Virus record (IMG/VR): IMGVR_UViG_3300009702_000016
Coordinates: 32,001 to 96,000 of that record
Direction: 5' to 3' (one strand)
Source: a virus
DNA length: 64,000 nucleotides
The notes beneath the pieces are model-generated. The model did no database searches, was not told the origin of the DNA, and worked only from the letters and a program-made list of their open reading frames with translations. Positions 55,108 to 64,000 of the stretch are shown piece after piece. The first letter of the stretch is position 1; each line of letters starts with the position of its first letter. The position numbers were made by a program, and so were the translations under genes.

Positions 55108-56505
55108 ATGGCCCGTACACTAACACAGATAGAACAGACGTTGGCCCGCAGTATTGCACTGCAGGACTCCTCTATAGACACGGTTAAGGGTCCTGTCTTC
55201 GACATATACATTCGACCGCAGGCGACGCAGTCAAGGTTTATCGAGCTTCTCTACGACGATCTAAGCCGAAGGTACAGTCTTGATTATGTCCAGTCCCGGG
55301 ACCCCACGAGCGTTCAGCTTTACGGCGCGAATCACGGACTAAGACGCAGTGGTGGAAAGTCTGCGTCTGGAAACGTAACGTTTTTCACCTACTCTCCACC
55401 TGACTCAGGTTCTACTCTTACGATTCCTGCGGGTACTGTCGTTGCCACCTCGGACTTCAGGATTTCTTTCCGTACGACTCAGGATGCGTTCATCTCGGGT
55501 AGCTCACTTCCTTCGTTCTATAACGCATCGACTAGGAGGTATGAAGTAAGGGTTCCTATCATTGCATTGGGCTCTGGCGACGTCTTTGAGGTTCCCCCTA
55601 CTCGTATCAAAAACATATCGTCAGCTCTTCCGGGGATAGACGGGGTAACTAATACTGAGAGGGTTTCAAACAGTGTAGAGGCCGAGTCCCTGGACCATTT
55701 CGGCACTCGGATCCGTTCCAAGTTCAATGGTCTTGCTCTTGGGTCAGGTGATGGCCTTGCTAGCTTGATACGGCAGTTTGACACAGACAACATAAGCGAC
55801 TTAGCTATGGTGTACAGCACGGACCCATTGTTTAGGCGTCGAACACGAAGGTCTGCTTGGGATGTGTACCTAATTGGAACTCTTCCCGAGACGAGTTCAA
55901 CAGTTTTTGTGGGGAACGGGGTTACACGATCCTTTACGCTTCCCTTGGCTCCCGTACTTGCGGTTTCCTCCGTCAAGGTCGGTTCAGCTTCTGTCGGGTT
56001 CACCCTAGTACCAGACAGCACAGACCAGTTGTCGACATCTTCCAGGGCTGTAGATGTCGTGGAGCTTGCAACTACCCCAGGAGTGAACGAGGTCATTACT
56101 GTCTCTTACTCCTACGATAAGCTAATTCGTGACGTACAAGACTACGTTGATAGTATAGGGGTGCAGCTGTACAGGGCTGATATTCTAGTGAGAAAGGCTA
56201 TTCCAGTTCCTATTAGGTCTCGTGTTCGAGTTCAAGTGTTGAGTTCGTTTGATGCCACAGAGGCAGCCTCGGCCGCCTTTGCTACGGTGTCAGAGTTCTC
56301 TAGCCAGTCCAGCTACGTGTCCCTTCTGTTCGCTGATAAGCTCAGGGAGAACTTATCTTCTGCCGTGGCGGGGGTGTCGAACGTAAGTATTGTGGAGTTC
56401 ACTAGAGATTTGACTGGAACTATTCCTGTTGAGACAGTGGAGTTTGCAGCAAATGAGTACCCAGAGACACCTGACTCTTTGATTACGGTTGATATCGTGC
56501 AATGA
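55108..56505 (+). CDS. Baseplate J-like wedge protein
   Basis: RRSGGKSASGNVTF, IPAGTVV, IDGVTN and ESLDHFGTRIR. Confidence 0.85.
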   Translation: MARTLTQIEQTLARSIALQDSSIDTVKGPVFDIYIRPQATQSRFIELLYDDLSRRYSLDYVQSRDPTSVQLYGANHGLRRSGGKSASGNVTFFTYSPPDSGSTLTIPAGTVVATSDFRISFRTTQDAFISGSSLPSFYNASTRRYEVRVPIIALGSGDVFEVPPTRIKNISSALPGIDGVTNTERVSNSVEAESLDHFGTRIRSKFNGLALGSGDGLASLIRQFDTDNISDLAMVYSTDPLFRRRTRRSAWDVYLIGTLPETSSTVFVGNGVTRSFTLPLAPVLAVSSVKVGSASVGFTLVPDSTDQLSTSSRAVDVVELATTPGVNEVITVSYSYDKLIRDVQDYVDSIGVQLYRADILVRKAIPVPIRSRVRVQVLSSFDATEAASAAFATVSEFSSQSSYVSLLFADKLRENLSSAVAGVSNVSIVEFTRDLTGTIPVETVEFAANEYPETPDSLITVDIVQ

Positions 56506-56729
56506 CCAACCGTTTAACGACCTTGGACGTTGATTACATCGGTTGTCACGACGGAAACGTACATTATATCGTGTATAATGGTAGGAAGTTTTGTGCTTCT
56601 GACCTTGAGTTTCTCGCGGCACAGGGCCGATGTTCTTTCGTTGACGTTGAGTCCCTAGAAGAAGTTGAGGTCGACTTTAACGACCTATACAATGCTCTAA
56701 GTCCAACCTCGGTGTCCGTACATGGCTAA
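56502..56729 (+). CDS. Small hypothetical protein (75 aa)
   Basis: ATGA overlap. Confidence 0.6.
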   Translation: MTNRLTTLDVDYIGCHDGNVHYIVYNGRKFCASDLEFLAAQGRCSFVDVESLEEVEVDFNDLYNALSPTSVSVHG

Positions 56730-57015
56730 GACGAATCGAAGATTTCTTGATTTTTCCCTTCCTGAGGAGGACTCTAAGTCCTATCCAGGTCCGGGTTTGG
56801 ACAAGATTCCACCTCAAGACGGCGCAGCCCTTCCTGAGCAAGACCGTTTTAGTAACCCCCATAACGACTTACCTGGTGGGGATAACAAAAGAGGTCCCAG
56901 TCGATTCGTTAAGGATGTTCCATTTGATGAATCAATCGTCGTAGGGAACCCCTCTTCTATCTTTAACTCTGTGGAGGACTATATTCCACGAGACGACCCT
57001 AGGGATATCACATGA
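56722..57015 (+). CDS. Small Pro/Asp-rich disordered protein (97 aa)
   Basis: Overlaps both neighbours. Confidence 0.6.
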   Translation: MAKTNRRFLDFSLPEEDSKSYPGPGLDKIPPQDGAALPEQDRFSNPHNDLPGGDNKRGPSRFVKDVPFDESIVVGNPSSIFNSVEDYIPRDDPRDIT

Positions 57016-57530
57016 AAAATAACCTACAGCTTCTTTCTCACCTAGTGTGGGAGCTTCGTTTCCTCTCAATGACCTCTCAGATCGCTCATTGGCGTGTATT
57101 TGGCCCTACCAGTTACAGCGATCACCTACTTTTCGGTCGTATATATGAGAAGCTCAACGATCTTCTCGATCCTATCGCGGAGCACTTGACATCCGTCGCT
57201 CAGTTTGAGGACGAGCGTTATGTTTGTCCTCTCCAGCAGGCTCGCTATGTTCAGCAGCGAACCCAGGAACTATTTCCAGACCTTGAGGAATCCCTACGTG
57301 CTCCTGATACAATGGCTGCCTTTATTTACGAGCATCTGTTGGTTTTGGCGCAGGGTATGCGTGCTTTATCCTCTGAAATGAGGACTTCTGGGTACCTTAC
57401 GTTTGGTTTGGAAGACCTTCTTGCAGGCACTTCTAGTGAGATAGAGCAGCTTATCTTTTTCCTTGAGAGACGAACGATGCTTCTAAAGAAGGATATGGGG
57501 TCGCCTTCCTCGGAGTTGGAGATTGAGTGA
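57012..57530 (+). CDS. Dps / ferritin-like protein
   Basis: QIAHWRVFGPTSYSDHLLFGRIYEKLNDLLDPIAE ferroxidase-centre pattern; size fits a four-helix bundle. Confidence 0.8.
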   Translation: MKNNLQLLSHLVWELRFLSMTSQIAHWRVFGPTSYSDHLLFGRIYEKLNDLLDPIAEHLTSVAQFEDERYVCPLQQARYVQQRTQELFPDLEESLRAPDTMAAFIYEHLLVLAQGMRALSSEMRTSGYLTFGLEDLLAGTSSEIEQLIFFLERRTMLLKKDMGSPSSELEIE

Positions 57531-59011
57531 CCCTTCGAATCTCTCACGTCTCCGCCGTTTACGAGAGTCTGTACACCGACCTTCTCGACAGCATACCTGC
57601 AGGTAACCAATGGGCGAAGGGTCCTGTAACCCTTCCCCTAACCCCAGACAAGAAGACTCCTTTCATCATCGAAGGGGACGTTGGGGACCACGTTGATGTC
57701 TTTCTTAACAACACCTTGATATCCACGGTTATCCTCACGTCCCCACGTCAGGAGTTTAGCCTACAGCTTGTTGCAGGAAAGAACTTCGTATCAGTTCGTA
57801 CTACCTCTGAGTCCTATCTGGTCTTGGTTGTGGCTGTTCGATACGCTGTCCCTCTTAGGGGATATGCGGAAGACTTGTTCTTCTCCTCCTGGGTAAAGTT
57901 TCAGGATGCCTATCGTCAACTTAATAGTGATCTGTCCCTCCGTGCTGTAGAGCACCAGATTGAGTTCCAGCGTTTTCTTCCTCCCACCCGTGCTTCCCGG
58001 CTATTAGCTGGAAAGATGGCCGTTAGGTCACTCATCAATGAAGGAGGAACGACCAGGGGCGTAGATGACATCGTCACAGCTGCGTCAAACACTACCCCGG
58101 TAGTTGTTCCCACTGAGCTAGACTTGGGGACTTTTGAGCCTGCTGTTCGGCTTCTCTATGGTACTGCTCAGGATGAGGGAGGGTTTGCTTTTCATATTTG
58201 GGTTCCAAGTCTGTGCCTTGGTACTTGGGCTGCTTTCGTCAAGCTGATGGACAATCTTGACCCTTCCATTGCGGAGCTGTCCTCCGTTAGTGATGAGAAG
58301 GTGTCCCTATCTTTCTTGGGAAGGCAAGAGTCTCACCTGTTTGATGAGGAAAGATCTGGTTGCAGCATTACTTCCTTGCTCACTCTAGATTGCCTTCCAA
58401 TTACTGTCTCTGTTGACATGACTGTGTACGCTACAGACGCTTTCTGCGCCTGGACGTACCCCTTTGACGTGGAGACGGAGTTGGCGTTGGGCAGGACCCG
58501 ACTGGACAGTTTGTCGGGGATCCGGTTCTCTTACTCCGTGGGTTCCTTTTCGGTAGACACCACAGGGTCTGAGACAGGGGTTGTTGGTGCCTCCTACATC
58601 GATCTACCTGTTTCCCGGCTAGTTTTTGCTTCTGTTTCGGATTTAGCTTCTGGGTCCTCGATTCTATCATCTGTTCCTCCTGGATCTTCTCGGGTAGTTC
58701 TTCCGGGTGGGCTTCCTGCCGCCCCTGTACTGATCACAGGAGGAGAGTCTCTCCTGCTTTTAGACTCAGGGGATACGTTAGACTCCTGCGAGGATGCAGA
58801 TCCTCTCTGCGATGGATGGTTTGGTCTTCCTATAGAGGGAAGATTTGATGCAGGTGCTTGCTTAGACAGCATGTCGGCAGAGACCTCCTTGTTTGAGGAC
58901 TTGTCCTGCTGCTTCGGTCGCCCTCGTTCTACCTTGGCTGTTGCCTCCTTGTTGGATATTTCCTTATCCTCTCCAATAACTGCATCAGCATCCTTGAGTG
59001 TCGTTCCCTAG
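57527..59011 (+). CDS. Putative baseplate wedge protein
   Basis: GGTTRGVDDIV (gpI-like) motif; position in the baseplate cluster. Confidence 0.5.
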   Translation: MTLRISHVSAVYESLYTDLLDSIPAGNQWAKGPVTLPLTPDKKTPFIIEGDVGDHVDVFLNNTLISTVILTSPRQEFSLQLVAGKNFVSVRTTSESYLVLVVAVRYAVPLRGYAEDLFFSSWVKFQDAYRQLNSDLSLRAVEHQIEFQRFLPPTRASRLLAGKMAVRSLINEGGTTRGVDDIVTAASNTTPVVVPTELDLGTFEPAVRLLYGTAQDEGGFAFHIWVPSLCLGTWAAFVKLMDNLDPSIAELSSVSDEKVSLSFLGRQESHLFDEERSGCSITSLLTLDCLPITVSVDMTVYATDAFCAWTYPFDVETELALGRTRLDSLSGIRFSYSVGSFSVDTTGSETGVVGASYIDLPVSRLVFASVSDLASGSSILSSVPPGSSRVVLPGGLPAAPVLITGGESLLLLDSGDTLDSCEDADPLCDGWFGLPIEGRFDAGACLDSMSAETSLFEDLSCCFGRPRSTLAVASLLDISLSSPITASASLSVVP

Positions 59012-59062
59012 TTCCGTAAAATAGACACCTGTAAGGACCTAGTTACTTAGGCTCTCGGTTAT

Positions 59063-59105
59063 TTATCTCGTGCCTCTAAAATAGTAGTGCACGTTGTCCT
59101 TATCT
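59063..59105 (+). promoter_or_regulatory. Two TTATCT elements upstream of the fibre genes
   Basis: 59063-59068 and 59100-59105. Confidence 0.45.
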
Positions 59106-59122
59106 AAGCTCAGGTGTAGCCA

Positions 59123-59593
59123 ATGCCAACAATCGAAGCACTCGCACTAGTAACAAACCAAGGCAAGGCCCGGATAGCGGATATGCTAGCTACGGGTAAG
59201 AGCTTTGTGGTGGATACTTTTGTGGTTGGATCGAATGGACACGACCCTATCGACCCAAGTTTTGCCCTCACTCCAGATCCCGCGAGGACAGGCTGTTACT
59301 GCGGGCCGCTTGGTGCTCCTGTAGAGGCAATTACGACCGCTGGGGGTTGCTCCTACGCGGGCACAGTGTCCTCAGTGTCTTTTGCTAGCCCTACTTGCCC
59401 CGTGTACCACGTAGAGATACTTCCTGGGGATGCCACGGGGGCAGTCAGTTCTCTTTGCCTATTGGGCCGAATAGTATACCCCTCAGGGGACCCCGAGATT
59501 GGTACAACTTTTCTTTTTGCTGTGGCCAACTTCCCGTTGAAGTTTAAGGCTGCTAGCGACCGCTTTGTTTACGACGTATTTATCCAACTCTGA
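59123..59593 (+). CDS. Tail fibre attachment / collar-like protein
   Basis: VTNQGKARIA...FVVG...LFAVANFPLKFK pattern; AGGTG RBS. Confidence 0.6.
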   Translation: MPTIEALALVTNQGKARIADMLATGKSFVVDTFVVGSNGHDPIDPSFALTPDPARTGCYCGPLGAPVEAITTAGGCSYAGTVSSVSFASPTCPVYHVEILPGDATGAVSSLCLLGRIVYPSGDPEIGTTFLFAVANFPLKFKAASDRFVYDVFIQL

Positions 59594-59610
59594 CTTGACG
59601 TAGGTGCTCT

Positions 59611-62600
59611 GTGGCCATTAAGCCAGTACTACAGTATAGAAACCCGGACAGTACGTCTGATCTCAACTCTTCTCAAGCTAAGATCATTGATCGCGCCATC
59701 TTTGACGGTGGCTCTCTTACTCTTTCGGGAACTTCTCTCCAGGTTACTGTCGATCCCTTCGTTATAGCAGGGTACGATGGGATGGTCGCTGTTTCTGACT
59801 CCTCAGAGACGGTTTCTGTTCCTGCGCTTGGAACTTACTACCTGATTCTACACCTAGAATACAGGACTCTTACTGCCGCCTTAGCTAATCTACAGGTTGT
59901 TCCAGAGACGACGTGGCTCACCAGCGTCAGTAAGAATTTCTTCGTTACGTTTGCTAAGTTCACGATGCCTGGGGCCGTTACTGCAATGACGGACCCCGGG
60001 GTAGTCGTAGACTATTCCATGGGGGACTGGGCAGATAAGCTTGGCAAGACTGGATGGAGGTCTCCTGTGGCTTCCTCTGCTGCTCTTCCGATGGAGGGTA
60101 ACAGGGATGGAGACACCCGTCTTACGTTGGACACCTATACCTCTTACGCTTGGCAATCGGGTCTTGGAGCGTGGACTGTGGTTGGTGGCGCTCTTGGCCT
60201 TGGCGAGGCTGTTGCTCGTGCTCATGAGATGGATGCAGAGGAGCTTCGAGCATTTAACGGGTCGGGGTACGTCGGAAGCCTTAACACAGACTCCTCCGGT
60301 AAGACACATAACGGTACCTATGGTCGTATTCCCTATATCGAGGTAGCGAGTGCGAATCGTATTGACCTAGACGCGATGCACCATGTGGTCAATGGTCATT
60401 TCGTAAAGACTCCTTATACCGCATTGACTCTTTCTGCTCCTCCTGCAGGGGAGAGACACGATCTGATCTACCTCGATGTTTGGCGTGAGACGGTGGCCGT
60501 TCCTTCGGCTGAGACCTACCCAAACGACGCAGCTACGGGAGGTACTTCCTCTTTTTCAACTTTGCGTGACCGTCTAGAGCAGCTTCTTGAGGATTCTCCC
60601 TTCCCTAACTCTGGGTTTTCAAAGATCGAAGCCGTTGACCCAACTACGTTTGTAGTAACTCGATGGGTGATCCGTTCTGTTGCTACAGTTCCTGCTGGGT
60701 CTGTCTCTGATACGACATTGGCTGCTCCGTTCGCTACGAACGTAGATTCCGCCACTTACGGTACGTCCTCTCCTAGCGATGCGAGGGTCTGGACTGCCTC
60801 TTCTGCTACGCCTTTTGACGGCGGCACCCCTGGCACCTCTTGGGCGATTCCTTTGTTGATTGTACGAAGGACCCATCTTGAGACTGGACCCTTCATTACT
60901 GAAACTAGGTCAGATACGAATGACCAGCGATTCATCTTTGACGTTGCTCCCAGGGCAGAGCTTGGTCATGGCCTTACCGAGGTTGTTTCTTCCGTCTCTG
61001 CTTCTCGTAACTCTCTAGCTTCTTACCCTTCTGGATTCATTTCTGGTGCTGATACTCCTCTGTCTGCTCCTGGAGGAGGAGTGATCGGTGTCCCCGAATT
61101 CTCCGTTGTTGTCCACGGTTCAGAGATTAGTGGTGTTGGCGCCTCCGTATCCCTGTCTCTATCCACTATCCCTCCTTTCCCTGTGGCTGGATCCCCAAAC
61201 TTGGACCTCATCGTTATGGAGGTATTTGAGACAGCAAATCCTCCTGCTTTGAGTTTTTTCGCTAGTGCTCCCACGATATCCAGGGTTTCTTCTCTAGGGG
61301 TACATGCAACTCAGTCTTGGGGCAAGTTTATAGCTCATGCGCTAACAACGGTGGATTTGCGCTCTCCTTCTGCTTTTTCTGATGAGGAGCAGGTTATGGT
61401 GGCCGCAGGGTATACGGCTTCAACGACCGACCCAGGTTTGTGGTACAGGTCTTCAATATTGGGAGCCGAAGACCCGAAGTTCGTTTACGCAATCCCTGTA
61501 GCCCTTGTTAACAGGAGAACCTCTGGTGCATGGGACCCAGATAATGCGGTTGGTCGAAATAATGCGGATAGGTCTGCCTTCCCTGGGCTGCCTAACAACC
61601 CCGTTGACCAGCCCTATGACTCAGAGATTCTTGACCTTAGGCATAGAATTTCGAGAACAGAAGATGCTTCTCGTATTTCCTCTGAGAGCTATGATCTACT
61701 CCTGAAGGGGGACTTGCGAACTAAGTTCTCCTCCGATAGAACTACGCTCGGCGGCGCTGCGCTATACGGAACGCAGCTGTTGCAGGTTGATGAGATCGTG
61801 GGTGGGTCAGTTGCCGCAGGGGCAGGCTCATTTCAGATTACACCTGCTCCCGACTATCATAACAGTACGTGGTCCGAAGCAGACGAGGCCCAACTCCTTA
61901 GTTGGACATTTACTAACCCTACTTCTAACCAGACATCATCTTCTGGCATCTTTGCTTGGGCCAACGTAGGAGGAAGTGTTGGGGATCTGACTATAACAGC
62001 CCCTGCGGGGATGCATCTAGACTTCGGACAGGGGACAGGTAACCTTCCTGCGTCTCCTAACGACGCTTTCCTAACGATCTCTATTCCTTCGTCTGGAACG
62101 CTGACAGATCGGGAACTGTATCGGTATAAGATTGTTTCTGGGGGCGTGTCGGAACTTTCCTTCGACGCAGATGGAAACGTAACATCTGTAAAAATATCCA
62201 CAATAGACGTTGATTCAGGATTTTCATTTGGGTCTTTACCAGGTGCTGTTGTAAATTTGCAAGTATGGGCAGTAAAGCCAAGCAGGCTAGCTTCTACTTA
62301 CTCCACTAACTACAGTCTGTTTGCGAAGCCTGATATAGTTCATCGTGCTGAGGTGATCAGCGGTGGCGGCACTCAGAGAGTTAATATCGGTCCCATCCTG
62401 AAGACTGTTAGGGTACCTCTCGCTGGATTGGTTGCCACGGTTACCCAGGCAGACATTAATTCTGCAGCACCTGAGATTGGCTCCCAGCCTTCTATCTCGT
62501 TGTATGGGGCTGCTAGCGTCGCATTAGTGGGTGAACCCCTTCTGGACGGATCCAACGTGACTCGTCTTCGTTACGTTCGGTTAACGGATGGTGGGGGTTC

Positions 62601-64000
62601 TCCAGGGTCAGCAGAGATGGAGCTTGAGTTTACGTCGGTAGGCGCTGCCACTGAAGTCGATGTTCAGGTGATGTGCGACGGCGATATTATCTCTTCTTGG
62701 ATTGAGGTCAATCAGGCAGCAAAGGGAGTTAGTGGCCTGTACTCTTGGCACAACTCTATAGTTACTTCAGCTTCTGCTGCTGCTAACTCGGTTGCTGTTT
62801 CCTTACCTGGGTACATGAGTTCAGTTCCATTTAGTGAGGTTGGAATCTCTCCCTACGGAATCGGGGCTACTGCGGCTCCTGCTAACTTTTTGTCTTCGTC
62901 GTCTTTCCTTCCTGGAGGGTTACACTACCTTTGTGTATACTCGCTTGAGGCCGCATCCTACACCTTGTGGACTTCTCCCTCTGATTTGTCCTCTCTTGTG
63001 CTCGATAATGCTAGCACTTTTGTAGCTAACACTTTCAACACGACGGGGGAGATTCTTGGCCCCTACGCCGCAAGTCAGGGCGTTTACTTTTCTGCTGGTA
63101 ACTCAGGAAACTCTGTCCTTTTGGTTGGAGTCGTTCGTACTCCTTTGACTCCTTCTCAGAACTTGAAGGTGTTCTACACCTACACCCCCTATCAGGGTTT
63201 GTCGGTGGAGACCTCTGCCGCCGATATGACCTCCTATCTTCATGGAACAGTAGAGGAAGTGGGGCCAAGTTTAGTCACAACGAATGGTCCAAACACGCCT
63301 AAAATACATCCGAGAGAGATTAGTGCTCTAGGGTTTTCTTCGGTTCCCTACGTACGTGAAACTTACATTCCTTCCCTCCTTGGATCTTTGCCTGACATTG
63401 GTTTTCCTGGTTCCTCTGGGATTGTGTTTGAGCCTACTAGAGCTTTAACTTCTACTGGGCTTGTCCGGCCTGACTTCGAGGACATTCGTTATCGCTCGAC
63501 TGACCGTCTTTCTTCCTCTTCCATATCTCATCTTCCTTCCTTTAGCTCAGATTTCTCCTCTGCTTCCTATCCTGGGGAGCTTGCCCTCAGGAATACATAC
63601 ATTGACGTTGACGTAGGTTCTCAGCCTAGTTTTAGGCCGATCCCTTTGTCTGCCGCCTTTCCTGACCCGGGGTGGGACTTTAGTGCCTCACTACTCTGGC
63701 AGTCTTCAGCTGTTGCTGGCTCCTATACTCTATCCTTTCCTCTGCCTTTCCCTCATCTTCCTGGTTTCCTTACTAACCTCTGGGTAGAGGCATCCTCTGC
63801 CTCCTTAGACACAATTACTGTGGAGGTGTATAAGAAGGCCCTGGAAGCAAGTTCTTCTCTTGAGTTTAGCGTCAACGTTACCCTGTCTCCCTTTGCCTCC
63901 ACCGTCTACAATATACCAGTTGATAATCTCCAACTTGATGAAGGGGCGGAATATTTTGTTTCTATAACTACCACGGTTACTGCCTCCCCCACGTTTTTTT
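59611..64000 (+). CDS. Very large virion structural protein (baseplate/fibre; partial, >1460 aa)
   Basis: Not in the track because it is open-ended. GTG 59611 after AGGTG. Frame 1 reads MAIKPVLQYRNPDSTSDLN...; no stop seen where read (to ~61.7 kb and the final lines). Motifs RHDLIYLDVWRE, YAIPVALVNRR and ILDLRH. Confidence 0.8.
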   Translation, partial: MAIKPVLQYRNPDSTSDLNSSQAKIIDRAIFDGGSLTLSGTSLQVTVDPFVIAGYDGMVAVSDSSETVSVPALGTYYLILHLEYRTLTAALANLQVVPETTWLTSVSKNFFVTFAKFTMPGAVTAMTDPGVVVDYSMGDWADKLGKTGWRSPVASSAALPMEGNRDGDTRLTLDTYTSYAWQSGLGAWTVVGGALGLGEAVARAHEMDAEELRAFNGSGYVGSLNTDSSGKTHNGTYGRIPYIEVASANRIDLDAMHHVVNGHFVKTPYTALTLSAPPAGERHDLIYLDVWRETVAVPSAETYPNDAATGGTSSFSTLRDRLEQLLEDSPFPNSGFSKIEAVDPTTFVVTRWVIRSVATVPAGSVSDTTLAAPFATNVDSATYGTSSPSDARVWTASSATPFDGGTPGTSWAIPLLIVRRTHLETGPFITETRSDTNDQRFIFDVAPRAELGHGLTEVVSSVSASRNSLASYPSGFISGADTPLSAPGGGVIGVPEFSVVVHGSEISGVGASVSLSLSTIPPFPVAGSPNLDLIVMEVFETANPPALSFFASAPTISRVSSLGVHATQSWGKFIAHALTTVDLRSPSAFSDEEQVMVAAGYTASTTDPGLWYRSSILGAEDPKFVYAIPVALVNRRTSGAWDPDNAVGRNNADRSAFPGLPNNPVDQPYDSEILDLRHRISRTEDASRISSESYDLLLKGDLRTKFSSDRTTLGGAALYGTQLLQVDEIVGGSVAAGAGSFQITPAPDYHNSTWSEADEAQLLSWTFTNPTSNQTSSSGIFAWANVGGSVGDLTITAPAGMHLDFGQGTGNLPASPNDAFLTISIPSSGTLTDRELYRYKIVSGGVSELSFDADGNVTSVKISTIDVDSGFSFGSLPGAVVNLQVWAVKPSRLASTYSTNYSLFAKPDIVHRAEVISGGGTQRVNIGPILKTVRVPLAGLVATVTQADINSAAPEIGSQPSISLYGAASVALVGEPLLDGSNVTRLRYVRLTDGGGSPGSAEMELEFTSVGAATEVDVQVMCDGDIISSWIEVNQAAKGVSGLYSWHNSIVTSASAAANSVAVSLPGYMSSVPFSEVGISPYGIGATAAPANFLSSSSFLPGGLHYLCVYSLEAASYTLWTSPSDLSSLVLDNASTFVANTFNTTGEILGPYAASQGVYFSAGNSGNSVLLVGVVRTPLTPSQNLKVFYTYTPYQGLSVETSAADMTSYLHGTVEEVGPSLVTTNGPNTPKIHPREISALGFSSVPYVRETYIPSLLGSLPDIGFPGSSGIVFEPTRALTSTGLVRPDFEDIRYRSTDRLSSSSISHLPSFSSDFSSASYPGELALRNTYIDVDVGSQPSFRPIPLSAAFPDPGWDFSASLLWQSSAVAGSYTLSFPLPFPHLPGFLTNLWVEASSASLDTITVEVYKKALEASSSLEFSVNVTLSPFASTVYNIPVDNLQLDEGAEYFVSITTTVTASPTFF

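Overview
The window is a gene-dense, roughly 50% GC fragment of a large (jumbo-type) contractile-tailed dsDNA phage. (1) About 1-21.4 kb, minus strand: head morphogenesis and packaging block with terminase, portal, Zn-finger prohead protease, scaffold, decoration protein and HK97-fold major capsid protein. It also holds many small basic proteins, a 2H phosphoesterase and a Hef-like homing endonuclease. (2) About 21.4-22.2 kb: a ~880 bp non-coding strand-switch region with two families of iteron-like direct and inverted repeats around an AT-rich tract (candidate origin or genome end). (3) About 22.2-27.5 kb: small accessory genes, a ~195 nt highly structured candidate RNA, a pre-toxin-TG protein, RuvC and a head-completion gene. 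(4) About 27.6-64 kb, plus strand: neck and lysis genes, then a replication/recombination/transcription cassette (primase, Cas4-like nuclease, SWIM protein, sigma factor, gp32-like SSB, RecA/UvsX, SbcD). The baseplate module follows (hub-M23 lysin, spike, gp25, baseplate J, an embedded Dps-like gene, and a >1460 aa ORF running off the end). The most interesting signal is a recurring [KR]-[TVIS]-A-[SD] motif at domain boundaries of head-cluster proteins. It resembles the Ala|Ser site of herpesvirus assemblin-fold proteases. It also brackets the 2H phosphoesterase domain, and a looser variant precedes the pre-toxin domain, suggesting protease-released, capsid-loaded effector cargo. Other notable items are a TTATCT candidate late promoter paired with a region-4-truncated sigma factor, and an in-frame amber codon in the neck gene. 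All family assignments come from motif recognition by eye; no database searches were run.
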